The position numbers and the translations under genes are program-made. Below, piece after piece: positions 1-8,062 of a DNA stretch of 64,000 nt. This DNA comes from Flavobacteriales bacterium (lineage in GTDB: Bacteria; Bacteroidota; Bacteroidia; Palsa-965): assembly GCA_040377305.1 (NCBI GenBank), contig JBEIPA010000001.1:32001-96000 (forward strand), in the 5' to 3' direction. Each line of letters begins with the position of its first letter. Within the stretch, counting starts at the first letter, position 1. The notes below the pieces were generated by a model. That model was not told where the DNA came from, made no database searches, and saw only the letters and a list, made by a program, of their open reading frames with translations.

Positions 1-2246
1 GCGTAAGTACCATTTGCACCTGAGTAGTAGCAGTAACCCATGCGGTTCGTGTTATCTACGTCACCTTTGTTCGATCCGTACGTGGTTGCGTCAATATCCC
101 AATCCGAGAAAATACCAGCATAAACGTTGCTGATTGTAGAAGCGCCCGTGTTGCGGATTACATACTTAACCATTACATATTTGCTGCTCGCTGGTGCTGT
201 CCACGCATAAGCATAGTGATGAACAGAAACAGGAAGCGGGCTTGCGGATGCGCCATCTGTGAAAGTTCCTTCAACATCCATATCCGAAACAGTTGCCGGA
301 ACGTTCTCATGAACAGTTACCGCCGACTGAAGATCAACATCAGGTGCTGCTGCACCACGTGCCATGTCGCGCACATTGCTTGATGTTCCAACCATGAAGC
401 TGCTTTCATATAGTAAGCTCATGTTGTTGTACTGGAATCCGAGGCCCTGGAACGGAGCTGCTTGTGTATTGTAACCGATCAATCCTTTAGAAGTGATTGA
501 AGTTGAAACCGCATTGATTGCAACGTTGATGTAGTCCACGTTCACAACGATGTCGAAATACTGGGTTGTGCTCCATGCTACATCAGTTAATGTAATGCTC
601 AAAGTGATCGTTTGATTGAGCGGAGCATTTGAGTTGATCTTGATTGTGAACGGATCAGGATTGTGTCCTACGCTCGCCATTGTTGCAATTGCACCCGGGG
701 TTGTCGTGTTGTCAAGAATCGTAACGAATCCACCAGGAGTTACCACCGCCATTGTAGCAGTAAGATTTGTTGTGGCTCCGAGGTAATTCATGAAATCTCC
801 GGTGCAGCGAACTGTATCGCCGATTACAAATACATTATCGTTATTGTCATCCAGAACACGGTTGAGATAAGCAACAGAAATGCTTGCCGGATCTGTCAAC
901 GCACGGTAGAGGTTAACACGACCTTTACCCATCTTGTTCGGGTAGCTTGTGTTTGCTCCAACAACATCAGATGTCATTTTCAAGCGCTCACCAGCCTGCA
1001 GGCAATTGTAAGCAGGATAGAACGCACGCACTACAGCAAGAGCGCCGGCACAAACAGGAGCAGCCATTGATGTTCCGCTGTTCGGGAAGTAACTATTGTT
1101 CGTCCACGTTGCAAGAATGTTTGATCCTGGTGATGCAATATCTACCGTGTAGTTGTAGTTAGAGAATCCTGATTTACTATCGCTTGAAGTTGTAGATCCA
1201 ACGCTCATCACTTTATCGAGTGCTGCCGGATAAAAAGCTTCATCCAATCCGTTGTTCCCGGCTGCTGCAACTACAATAGCGTCACAGTTGTTCGTAGAGT
1301 AATCAATAATCGATTGCTCGAATGGTCCGGCACCAGCTCCACCCCATGAACAGTTGATTACATCACATCCATGATCGGCTGCATATGTAATTCCCTGATA
1401 CGATGCAGTGAGTGTTCCGCCCGCGTCAGCAATTTTCACCGGAAGGAATTTGCATAGGAAACCTGTTCCGCACACATTTCCGCCTCCGTTCACTTCTGCT
1501 GATGCACAACCACTCACGTGAACGCCGTGGTTATTCCCTTGCCATGTTGCATCGTTGTCATTCATTGCAACATCCCATCCGCGGTAGTTGTTTGCGAATC
1601 CGTCACCGTCATCATCACCACCTGATAAAGGATCAGCAGTGTTGTACTGAATCTGGTTTACGAGATCACTGTGTGTGTATTCTGTACCCGTATCAACAAT
1701 ACCAATGGTAATTGAAGTACTGCCCGGACTGATGTCCCAACCTGAAGTTCCGGCTCCGGCAGCTGCAATTTTTGTGAGATGATACTGTGATCCCGACTGT
1801 GAATCTGTTGGTGTGAACTCAACCTTCGGAATGTAATAAGGCTGTGCATACTCGAAATAACCAAGGCGGTAAAGCTTACCGATTGCGTTGGTCAGTGGCA
1901 AAGCACTTGTATAATGAATTACGTAGATCAATGAAATATCTTCCATTGGTGCACCCCATTCATTCACCGATTTAGTTGGTGATTTGTGAAGCGGGAACAT
2001 CTTCTCTACACGGTCAGCGCCGATCATCAGGAAGAAATCATTTAGGGCTGGAATGCTGATTCCGTTAGTTCCGCATGCGTTGCGATATTCCGGCAGAACA
2101 TTAACGATGATCGTATTTGACATATACTCATCGGGCTGCATTTTTTCCAGCGGAGTGAACGCAGGATTTTGTGCCAACGGTGCGGCAAATGATGCTACAG
2201 AAGCAGCAATGCCTGCAAGTAGTGCAAGGGTACGTGTTGTTTTCAT
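1..2246 (-). CDS. S8 (subtilisin-family) serine peptidase, secreted; 3' end lies beyond the left window edge (missing from the ORF track)
   Basis: Manual translation from ATG at 2246 gives a signal peptide (MKTTRTLALLAGIAASVASFA) and the catalytic triad motifs IGIVDTG, NHGVHVSG and SGTSMAAP, plus the oxyanion motif AAAGN. The frame appears open to the window edge. Confidence 0.92.
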   Translation of the reverse strand, partial: MKTTRTLALLAGIAASVASFAAPLAQNPAFTPLEKMQPDEYMSNTIIVNVLPEYRNACGTNGISIPALNDFFLMIGADRVEKMFPLHKSPTKSVNEWGAPMEDISLIYVIHYTSALPLTNAIGKLYRLGYFEYAQPYYIPKVEFTPTDSQSGSQYHLTKIAAAGAGTSGWDISPGSTSITIGIVDTGTEYTHSDLVNQIQYNTADPLSGGDDDGDGFANNYRGWDVAMNDNDATWQGNNHGVHVSGCASAEVNGGGNVCGTGFLCKFLPVKIADAGGTLTASYQGITYAADHGCDVINCSWGGAGAGPFEQSIIDYSTNNCDAIVVAAAGNNGLDEAFYPAALDKVMSVGSTTSSDSKSGFSNYNYTVDIASPGSNILATWTNNSYFPNSGTSMAAPVCAGALAVVRAFYPAYNCLQAGERLKMTSDVVGANTSYPNKMGKGRVNLYRALTDPASISVAYLNRVLDDNNDNVFVIGDTVRCTGDFMNYLGATTNLTATMAVVTPGGFVTILDNTTTPGAIATMASVGHNPDPFTIKINSNAPLNQTITLSITLTDVAWSTTQYFDIVVNVDYINVAINAVSTSITSKGLIGYNTQAAPFQGLGFQYNNMSLLYESSFMVGTSSNVRDMARGAAAPDVDLQSAVTVHENVPATVSDMDVEGTFTDGASASPLPVSVHHYAYAWTAPASSKYVMVKYVIRNTGASTISNVYAGIFSDWDIDATTYGSNKGDVDNTNRMGYCYYSGANGTY

Positions 2247-2440
2247 GATTTTAATTAAGGTGGTGGCGTGCGTATTTGAAGGTCCGAATTTAAGCATTCA
2301 GAGGTGTGAATCAAAGTATTAGGGCAATTTAAAGGCGAATTCCATACGCGTTCAAAACATATTACAAAGCCTGACACAACCTAGACAAATTCCGCTATTT
2401 TCGCGGTCTCTACTCACCCAACTAAACTGTTATTCAACTC

Positions 2441-4630
2441 ATGAAAAAAATTTTACTCTCCGTATCTGTGATTGCAATGTCGGCAGTGACATTGAACTCA
2501 CAGGTAATTTTCAGTGAAGATTTTGATGGTATCGGGGGCCCAACAGCGGGCGGCGCCGGTACGTACACTTTCCCGAGCGGATGGTTTCTGCGCAACGTAG
2601 ATAATGGCACTCCAGCCGCAAACGTATCGTACGTAAACGAAGCATGGGAACGCCGCGAAGATTTCAACTTTAACGTGGCAGATTCATGCGCATTCAGTAC
2701 TTCATGGACTTCACCTGCAAGTACAGCAAACGATTGGATGTGGACTCCATTGATCGGGCCACTTCCTGCTGGCACAACCATCAATTGGAATGCTGTTACG
2801 TATGACGCGTCATATCCCGATGGCTATGAAGTTCGTGTTATGGTGGCAGCTTCAGGACCTCCAACCGGTGGAACTGGCGTAATTGGTAACCAGATAACCA
2901 ACTCGACTCAGATTTTCAGCATTGCAGCTGAGAATACAACGTGGACAGCTCGTTCTGCGAGTCTCGCAGCTTACGCAGGTCAGTCTGTTTACATCGCATT
3001 CCGCAATAATTCTACGGATGAATTCCTGTTGCTCATCGACGACATCCTCGTGAGTGCTCCAGTGGTGAACGACGCAAGACTGAGCGTGCTTGATACGGTT
3101 ACGCCTTATACAATCGTACCACTCGATCAAACTCAGCCGCTTAATTTCTCTGGCGATTTAATGAACAACGGTTCTAATACACTTACTGGCGTGTACGTAT
3201 CTGTTGACGTATACGATTCAGGTAACAACATCGTATACACTGCAAACAGTGCGACAATTACCTCACTTGCTCCTGCCGCTTCTGCTGCATGGACAATCAG
3301 TGGCTATGACCCTGCAATCGTAGATTTCTATGATGCGAGATTTATCGTGCATCATTCAGTTGCGGATCCGAATCCAACTAACGACTCCCTGTTCTGGGGA
3401 GGCTATTTGGTTGATGATAGTATTTATGCGCGCGACGATGGTACGGTTACTGGCGGCTTAGGAATTGGCGCTGGTAACGGTGGCTATCTCGGTCAGGATT
3501 TCGAAGTGGTAAATGTTGATATTCTTACTCAGATAATGGTTTATGTAACGGCTGGTTATACCGGGGAGCCGATGGCTGCAGTTGTTTGGAACATGTCAGG
3601 TGGAGTACCTACCACTATTGCATTCTCTACTGATACTATTCTGTATCCTGATGATTCTGCAGATGTATACTTCCTTCCGATTTACAATGGACCTGTGATG
3701 GTGAATCCAGGCGAATATGCAGTGACTTTTGTTGAATTCGATTCAACCATGCAATTAGGAAACACGATGGGCATTTTTAGTGCGGGACACACGTGGGTTA
3801 ATTGGCCTACAATTCCTGGTGGAACGTGGGCTAACATCGAGACTTTCGGTCCTGGATTTGCGCGCGCTCAGGTTATCCGTCCGATCTTCGGAGATGTTTG
3901 TTTGGACAACATGGCGACCGCAAGCAGCACGCAGGCATCCTGCATTTCGTGTGCTGATGGTTCTGCAATGGTAACAACATCCGGAACAGATGGTTCTCTT
4001 ACGTATTCGTGGTCGCCATCGGGTGGTAATGCTGCAACAGCAACCGGACTTCTGACCGGATCATACATCATTACTGTAACTGATGGATTTGGTTGTGTAA
4101 CGATGGACACTGTAACTGTTGGTTACGACATCTGCGGCTTGTTCACATCAACTACAACTTCTGCGGATGCGACTTGCGGTGTTTGTCCTGACGGATCAGC
4201 ACAGGTTATTCCAGCTGGCGGAAATGGTCCTTTGACTTACGTTTGGAGTAACGGTGGAACTTTTGATACAATTCAGAACGTGTTGCCAGGCACTTACACG
4301 GTAACAATTACTGATTCTCTCGGATGCGTTCGCGTTGATTCAGTTGTTGTAAACTTCAGCACAGATATCGCTGGCATTAACGCTCCGGGTGCAATTTCAA
4401 TGTTCCCGAATCCATCGAATGGTATTTTCCAGGTGAATGTAAACCTTGCTACATCTTCTGACCTAACGGTATTTGTGGTCAACACACTTGGAGAAGTGGT
4501 TGCGACAAAAACTGTGAATGGAATTCAGAATGGTCGTATCGACATGAACGTTGATCTTGCTGCAGGCACTTACAGCTTGCACGTGCGTTCAGCAGATACT
4601 GAGAAAGTAATTCCGATTACAATTCAGTAG
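2441..4630 (+). CDS. T9SS type A sorting domain protein with an N-terminal cleaved-adhesin/choice-of-anchor J-like domain and SprB-like repeats
   Basis: Signal peptide; IFSEDFD...ANDWMWTP...LAAYAGQSVYIAFR...LLIDDI (cleaved-adhesin-like); two CxxCxDG...Y(S/V)WS...G(S/T)Y.(I/V)T(V/I)TD..GC repeats; C-terminal MFPNPSNG...GTYSLHV...ITIQ sorting domain. Confidence 0.88.
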   Translation: MKKILLSVSVIAMSAVTLNSQVIFSEDFDGIGGPTAGGAGTYTFPSGWFLRNVDNGTPAANVSYVNEAWERREDFNFNVADSCAFSTSWTSPASTANDWMWTPLIGPLPAGTTINWNAVTYDASYPDGYEVRVMVAASGPPTGGTGVIGNQITNSTQIFSIAAENTTWTARSASLAAYAGQSVYIAFRNNSTDEFLLLIDDILVSAPVVNDARLSVLDTVTPYTIVPLDQTQPLNFSGDLMNNGSNTLTGVYVSVDVYDSGNNIVYTANSATITSLAPAASAAWTISGYDPAIVDFYDARFIVHHSVADPNPTNDSLFWGGYLVDDSIYARDDGTVTGGLGIGAGNGGYLGQDFEVVNVDILTQIMVYVTAGYTGEPMAAVVWNMSGGVPTTIAFSTDTILYPDDSADVYFLPIYNGPVMVNPGEYAVTFVEFDSTMQLGNTMGIFSAGHTWVNWPTIPGGTWANIETFGPGFARAQVIRPIFGDVCLDNMATASSTQASCISCADGSAMVTTSGTDGSLTYSWSPSGGNAATATGLLTGSYIITVTDGFGCVTMDTVTVGYDICGLFTSTTTSADATCGVCPDGSAQVIPAGGNGPLTYVWSNGGTFDTIQNVLPGTYTVTITDSLGCVRVDSVVVNFSTDIAGINAPGAISMFPNPSNGIFQVNVNLATSSDLTVFVVNTLGEVVATKTVNGIQNGRIDMNVDLAAGTYSLHVRSADTEKVIPITIQ

Positions 4631-4649
4631 TAATCTGAAATCATAAAGT

Positions 4650-4684
4650 AAAAAACGGCTTGCAGAAATGTGAGCCGTTTTTTA
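4650..4684. terminator. Bidirectional intrinsic terminator between convergent genes
   Basis: AAAAACGGCTTGCA-GAAA-TGTGAGCCGTTTTT: hairpin flanked by an A-tract and a T-tract. Confidence 0.85.
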
Positions 4685-5125
4685 TTTATACGCTGGAAGT
4701 TCTTCAAGAAAATTCCACGATTGTGTTTCGTGGTTCATCGTGCAGCAGAAGTGTCGCAATCCGTTCGTGAGCAGAAAGTACTTTGCACCAACTGTGAGGT
4801 TATAGCGTGCAGCCTGATCGAACAGGTCCTGTGTAATGTTAACATCGGGCGATTTACATTCCACAATCACTAATGGATTCGCGCTATTGTCGTGACAAAT
4901 AATATCGCACCGTCGCTGCAGACCGTTCACCTTAATCTGCTTTTCAACTGCCATGAGAGAAGCGGGATAATTCTTCGTCTCCTGCAGCCACATCGCAACG
5001 TGCTGACGAACCCATTCTTCGGGAGTTAACGCAACCCACTGTTTACGGATTGCATCGAAAATTTCTTTCGAGGCAGAAGTTTCCCGTACACGGAATTCAT
5101 AGGTTGGAAAATTCAGTCCTGACAC
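4682..5125 (-). CDS. Stand-alone type I restriction enzyme HsdR N-terminal domain protein (HSDR_N_2-like PD-(D/E)XK fold)
   Basis: IFDAIRKQWVALTPEEWVRQ, RCDII, IVECK, QAARYN and LTNG motifs; GTG start. Confidence 0.85.
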   Translation of the reverse strand: MSGLNFPTYEFRVRETSASKEIFDAIRKQWVALTPEEWVRQHVAMWLQETKNYPASLMAVEKQIKVNGLQRRCDIICHDNSANPLVIVECKSPDVNITQDLFDQAARYNLTVGAKYFLLTNGLRHFCCTMNHETQSWNFLEELPAYK

Positions 5126-5129
5126 GTCC

Positions 5130-5180
5130 CAAACTTACACATTCCCCATGCCTCCTCCCCCATCCCGATTTCCTATCTTT
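5130..5180. promoter_or_regulatory. Divergent Bacteroidota sigma-A -7 promoter boxes
   Basis: TAAGTTTG on the minus strand (5137-5130) and TATCTTTG on the plus strand just before amn; both match the TAnnTTTG consensus. Confidence 0.65.
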
Positions 5181-5191
5181 GGCTTAACCCT

Positions 5192-5962
5192 ATGAAAAGC
5201 AAACAAGAAATTGTGGCGAATTGGCTGCCACGCTACACCGGAATCCCGCTCACTGGTTGGGGCAAATATATTTTGCTGACCAACTTCTCGAATTACGTGA
5301 ACATGTTCGCCGAATGGAACAATGTTCCTGTTCACGGAACCGATAAGCCGATGATGAGTGCGCATGCCGGTGGAATTTCCATTATAAATTTCGGAATGGG
5401 AAGTGCCTCTGCTGCTACGGTTATGGATCTGCTTTCTGCTATCAAACCCGAAGCAGTTTTGTTTCTCGGTAAGTGCGGTGGTTTGAAAAAGAAAAATAAT
5501 ATCGGCGATTTGATTCTTCCAATCGCTGCCATCAGAGGTGAAGGAACCAGTGATGATTATTTTCCACCTGAAGTTCCTGCGTTACCTGCATTCAGTATGC
5601 AAAAAGCAATTTCAACAACCATCCGAAATTACAATTGCGATTACTGGACCGGAACAGTTTATACTACCAACCGTCGCGTGTGGGAACATGACACGGAGTT
5701 CAAAGAATATTTGCGAACAACCCGCGCAATGGCAATCGACATGGAAACTGCAACTATTTTCACAGTTGGATTCCATAATGAGATTCCAACCGGTGCGCTT
5801 CTACTCGTTTCCGATCAACCCATGGTTCCTGAAGGTGTTAAGACTGAGGAAAGTGACCGGAAAGTAACTGCAGAATTTGTTGAACGCCAGCTCAAAATTG
5901 GTGTTGATTCTCTGAAAGAGCTTATCAACAATGGACTTACGGTGAAGCACCTGAAGTTTTAA
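5192..5962 (+). CDS. amn: AMP nucleosidase (short Bacteroidota type, PNP/UDP phosphorylase fold)
   Basis: NWLPRYTG, ILLTNF, NFGMGS, FLGKCGGL, RGEGTS, TTNRRVWE and AIDMETAT motifs. Confidence 0.9.
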   Translation: MKSKQEIVANWLPRYTGIPLTGWGKYILLTNFSNYVNMFAEWNNVPVHGTDKPMMSAHAGGISIINFGMGSASAATVMDLLSAIKPEAVLFLGKCGGLKKKNNIGDLILPIAAIRGEGTSDDYFPPEVPALPAFSMQKAISTTIRNYNCDYWTGTVYTTNRRVWEHDTEFKEYLRTTRAMAIDMETATIFTVGFHNEIPTGALLLVSDQPMVPEGVKTEESDRKVTAEFVERQLKIGVDSLKELINNGLTVKHLKF

Positions 5963-6034
5963 TGGTTGATAACTGATTGATGATGAGTGATTGTACATCA
6001 GATATCAGTCAGCCGCTATCCGTTATATTTGTGT

Positions 6035-7033
6035 GTGGAACACAAGGAAATCCTGGGCGATCTTAAGAAAAAGAAATACAGTCCCGTGTATTTTCTCATG
6101 GGAGAAGAACCGTATTTCATCGACCTGATTTCAGATTACGCGGAGAAGCATATCCTTGACGAAACCGAGCGTGAATTCAACCTCCAGGTTTTGTATGGTC
6201 GCGATGTGGACGTGGAAACAATTGTGAGCGAAGCCAAGCGTTACCCGATGATGAGCGACAAGCAGGTTGTGATTATCAAAGAGGCGCAGAACATTCGTAA
6301 TATCGAAGCGCTCGAAGCATATGTTGCGTCTCCACTCGATTCAACATTGCTCTTCATCTGTTACAAATACAAAACACTCGACAAGCGCAAAACATTTCCA
6401 AAGACGCTCGCGAAAAAAGGTGTGTTGTTTGAATCTAAGAAGCTCTATGACAATAAAGTTCCCGATTGGATCAGCGGATACCTGAAAGAGAAAAACTACA
6501 CCGCGAGTCCGAAGGCCACTGCATTGCTCACGGAATACCTTGGTGCTGATCTGGGCAAAATTGCAAATGAGCTCGACAAGCTGATGATCAACCTGAAAGA
6601 AGGAGCGGAGATTACTCCGGATCATATTCAGAATAATATCGGCATCAGCAAAGACTACAACACGTTTGAGTTGACAGCGGCTTTGGGAAAGAAAGACATT
6701 CTGAAATCGAACCGCATTGTAAATTATTTCGCGGCAAATTCAAAAGATCATCCGTTTCCGGTAACGATCACAACCTTGTATGGTTACTTCGTAAAACTCC
6801 TTCAGTATCATTTTCTGCAGGACCAATCATCAGCCAATGCAGCGAAAGTGCTGGGAGTCAATCCGTATTTCGTGAAAGATTATGTAGAGGCTTCGCGCAA
6901 TTTTGCTCCGCGTAAAATCAAAGAGATCATCAGCGCGCTTCGCGAATATGATTTGCGCTTCAAAGGATTTGATAATCTATCGGCTGACGAAGGCCAGTTA
7001 CTGAAGGAAATGGTTTACAAGATTCTGCATTAG
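6035..7033 (+). CDS. holA: DNA polymerase III subunit delta
   Basis: PVYFLMGEEPYFID, EFNLQVLYG, AKRYPMM, NELDKL and GISKDYNTFEL motifs. Start moved to GTG 6035, 3 nt after a TATATTTG box (6024-6031). Confidence 0.92.
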   Translation: MEHKEILGDLKKKKYSPVYFLMGEEPYFIDLISDYAEKHILDETEREFNLQVLYGRDVDVETIVSEAKRYPMMSDKQVVIIKEAQNIRNIEALEAYVASPLDSTLLFICYKYKTLDKRKTFPKTLAKKGVLFESKKLYDNKVPDWISGYLKEKNYTASPKATALLTEYLGADLGKIANELDKLMINLKEGAEITPDHIQNNIGISKDYNTFELTAALGKKDILKSNRIVNYFAANSKDHPFPVTITTLYGYFVKLLQYHFLQDQSSANAAKVLGVNPYFVKDYVEASRNFAPRKIKEIISALREYDLRFKGFDNLSADEGQLLKEMVYKILH

Positions 7034-7054
7034 TAAACCAGCCGAATCCAGAAA

Positions 7055-7441
7055 CTATCTTGAGTTCCGACGGTCGTCCGGGTTCACTGAACGATACTCG
7101 AACGGAATGTCCATGATTTCGGAAAAGGTTTCTCCGTGATCTTTCATCTCTTCGTCGTCGCTGAAATATTCCCACATCACAGTTACAGGAATCTGCTTCT
7201 GATCTTTCACCGTACGGAGATAATCGAGGAACGCTTTGGATGAAAGCGTGTTCATGTATTCAAGACGGAACGTGAAAGCTACTTGCTCTACCTGTTCCGG
7301 ATTGAGTGTATTTAATAAATCTTCCAGCGGCTTAAAATGCATGTATGCATTTTCCGGAATACTTACCCCTGAAATAAGGATCTTCCAATCCTTTTCATCC
7401 ACATCCACCAAGGGTGTATGCTTTGTTGGCGCTATTCTCAT
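7055..7441 (-). CDS. SiaC-family regulatory phosphoprotein (DUF1987)
   Basis: T..TP.V, ISGVSIPEN, F.LEYMNTLSSK and W.Y..DDEEM...GE.F motifs characteristic of DUF1987/SiaC. Confidence 0.82.
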   Translation of the reverse strand: MRIAPTKHTPLVDVDEKDWKILISGVSIPENAYMHFKPLEDLLNTLNPEQVEQVAFTFRLEYMNTLSSKAFLDYLRTVKDQKQIPVTVMWEYFSDDEEMKDHGETFSEIMDIPFEYRSVNPDDRRNSR

Positions 7442-7548
7442 AAAATCTTCGGTCGTGTTTGCCTTGGGGTAGACGTGGCAAAATTAACATTCGAAACGTC
7501 TTTTCAAATTAGAGTTTGCGATATTTGACACAATCCAATGTTAATTGC

Positions 7549-7953
7549 ATGAACTACTGGCTCGTTAAATCAGAACCATTCAAATATTCCTGGGAGAAAT
7601 TCACTGCAGACGGAAACGCCGTGTGGGATGGAGTCCGGAATTACGCTGCGCGACTACACCTGCGCGCAATGAAAAAAGGTGATCTCGTACTGTTTTACCA
7701 CAGCAATGAAGGCAAAGAAGTAGTCGGTATTGCTAAAGTGGCTAAAACGGCCTACCAGGATCCAACTACCGAAGAGGATTGGAGCGTGGTCGATCTGAAA
7801 CCGGTGAAAAAACTGAAGAAATCAGTTCCTCTTTCCGACCTGAAAAAGGAAAAAATGCTTGCGCAGGTCCCGCTTATACGCATCCCGAGATTAAGTGTGA
7901 TGCCATTGACCGAACCTGAGTTTTCGAAGATCGTAGAGATGGGATCGCTTTAA
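7549..7953 (+). CDS. EVE domain-containing protein
   Basis: MNYWLVKSEP, WDGVRNY.AR, MKKGD...FYHS and RLSVMP motifs; start at ATG 7549. Confidence 0.92.
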   Translation: MNYWLVKSEPFKYSWEKFTADGNAVWDGVRNYAARLHLRAMKKGDLVLFYHSNEGKEVVGIAKVAKTAYQDPTTEEDWSVVDLKPVKKLKKSVPLSDLKKEKMLAQVPLIRIPRLSVMPLTEPEFSKIVEMGSL

Positions 7954-8062
7954 ATCTAAGGTTTAAGCTAGCCTCCTGCCGACTGATTTCTGCCACTTGT
8001 CAATTCCCCGACGAATATCGATTCGGAAACCTTACTTTTGGCACCTCTTATATCAGACCAAA

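Noticed and set aside
663-2322. Short ORFs on both strands over the first 2.3 kb
   Set aside because: They are shadows of the long minus-strand S8 peptidase frame, which the track missed because it has no stop inside the window.
4682-5125. Type I restriction-modification system
   Set aside because: Only the isolated N-terminal domain is present; there is no methyltransferase, specificity or motor subunit.
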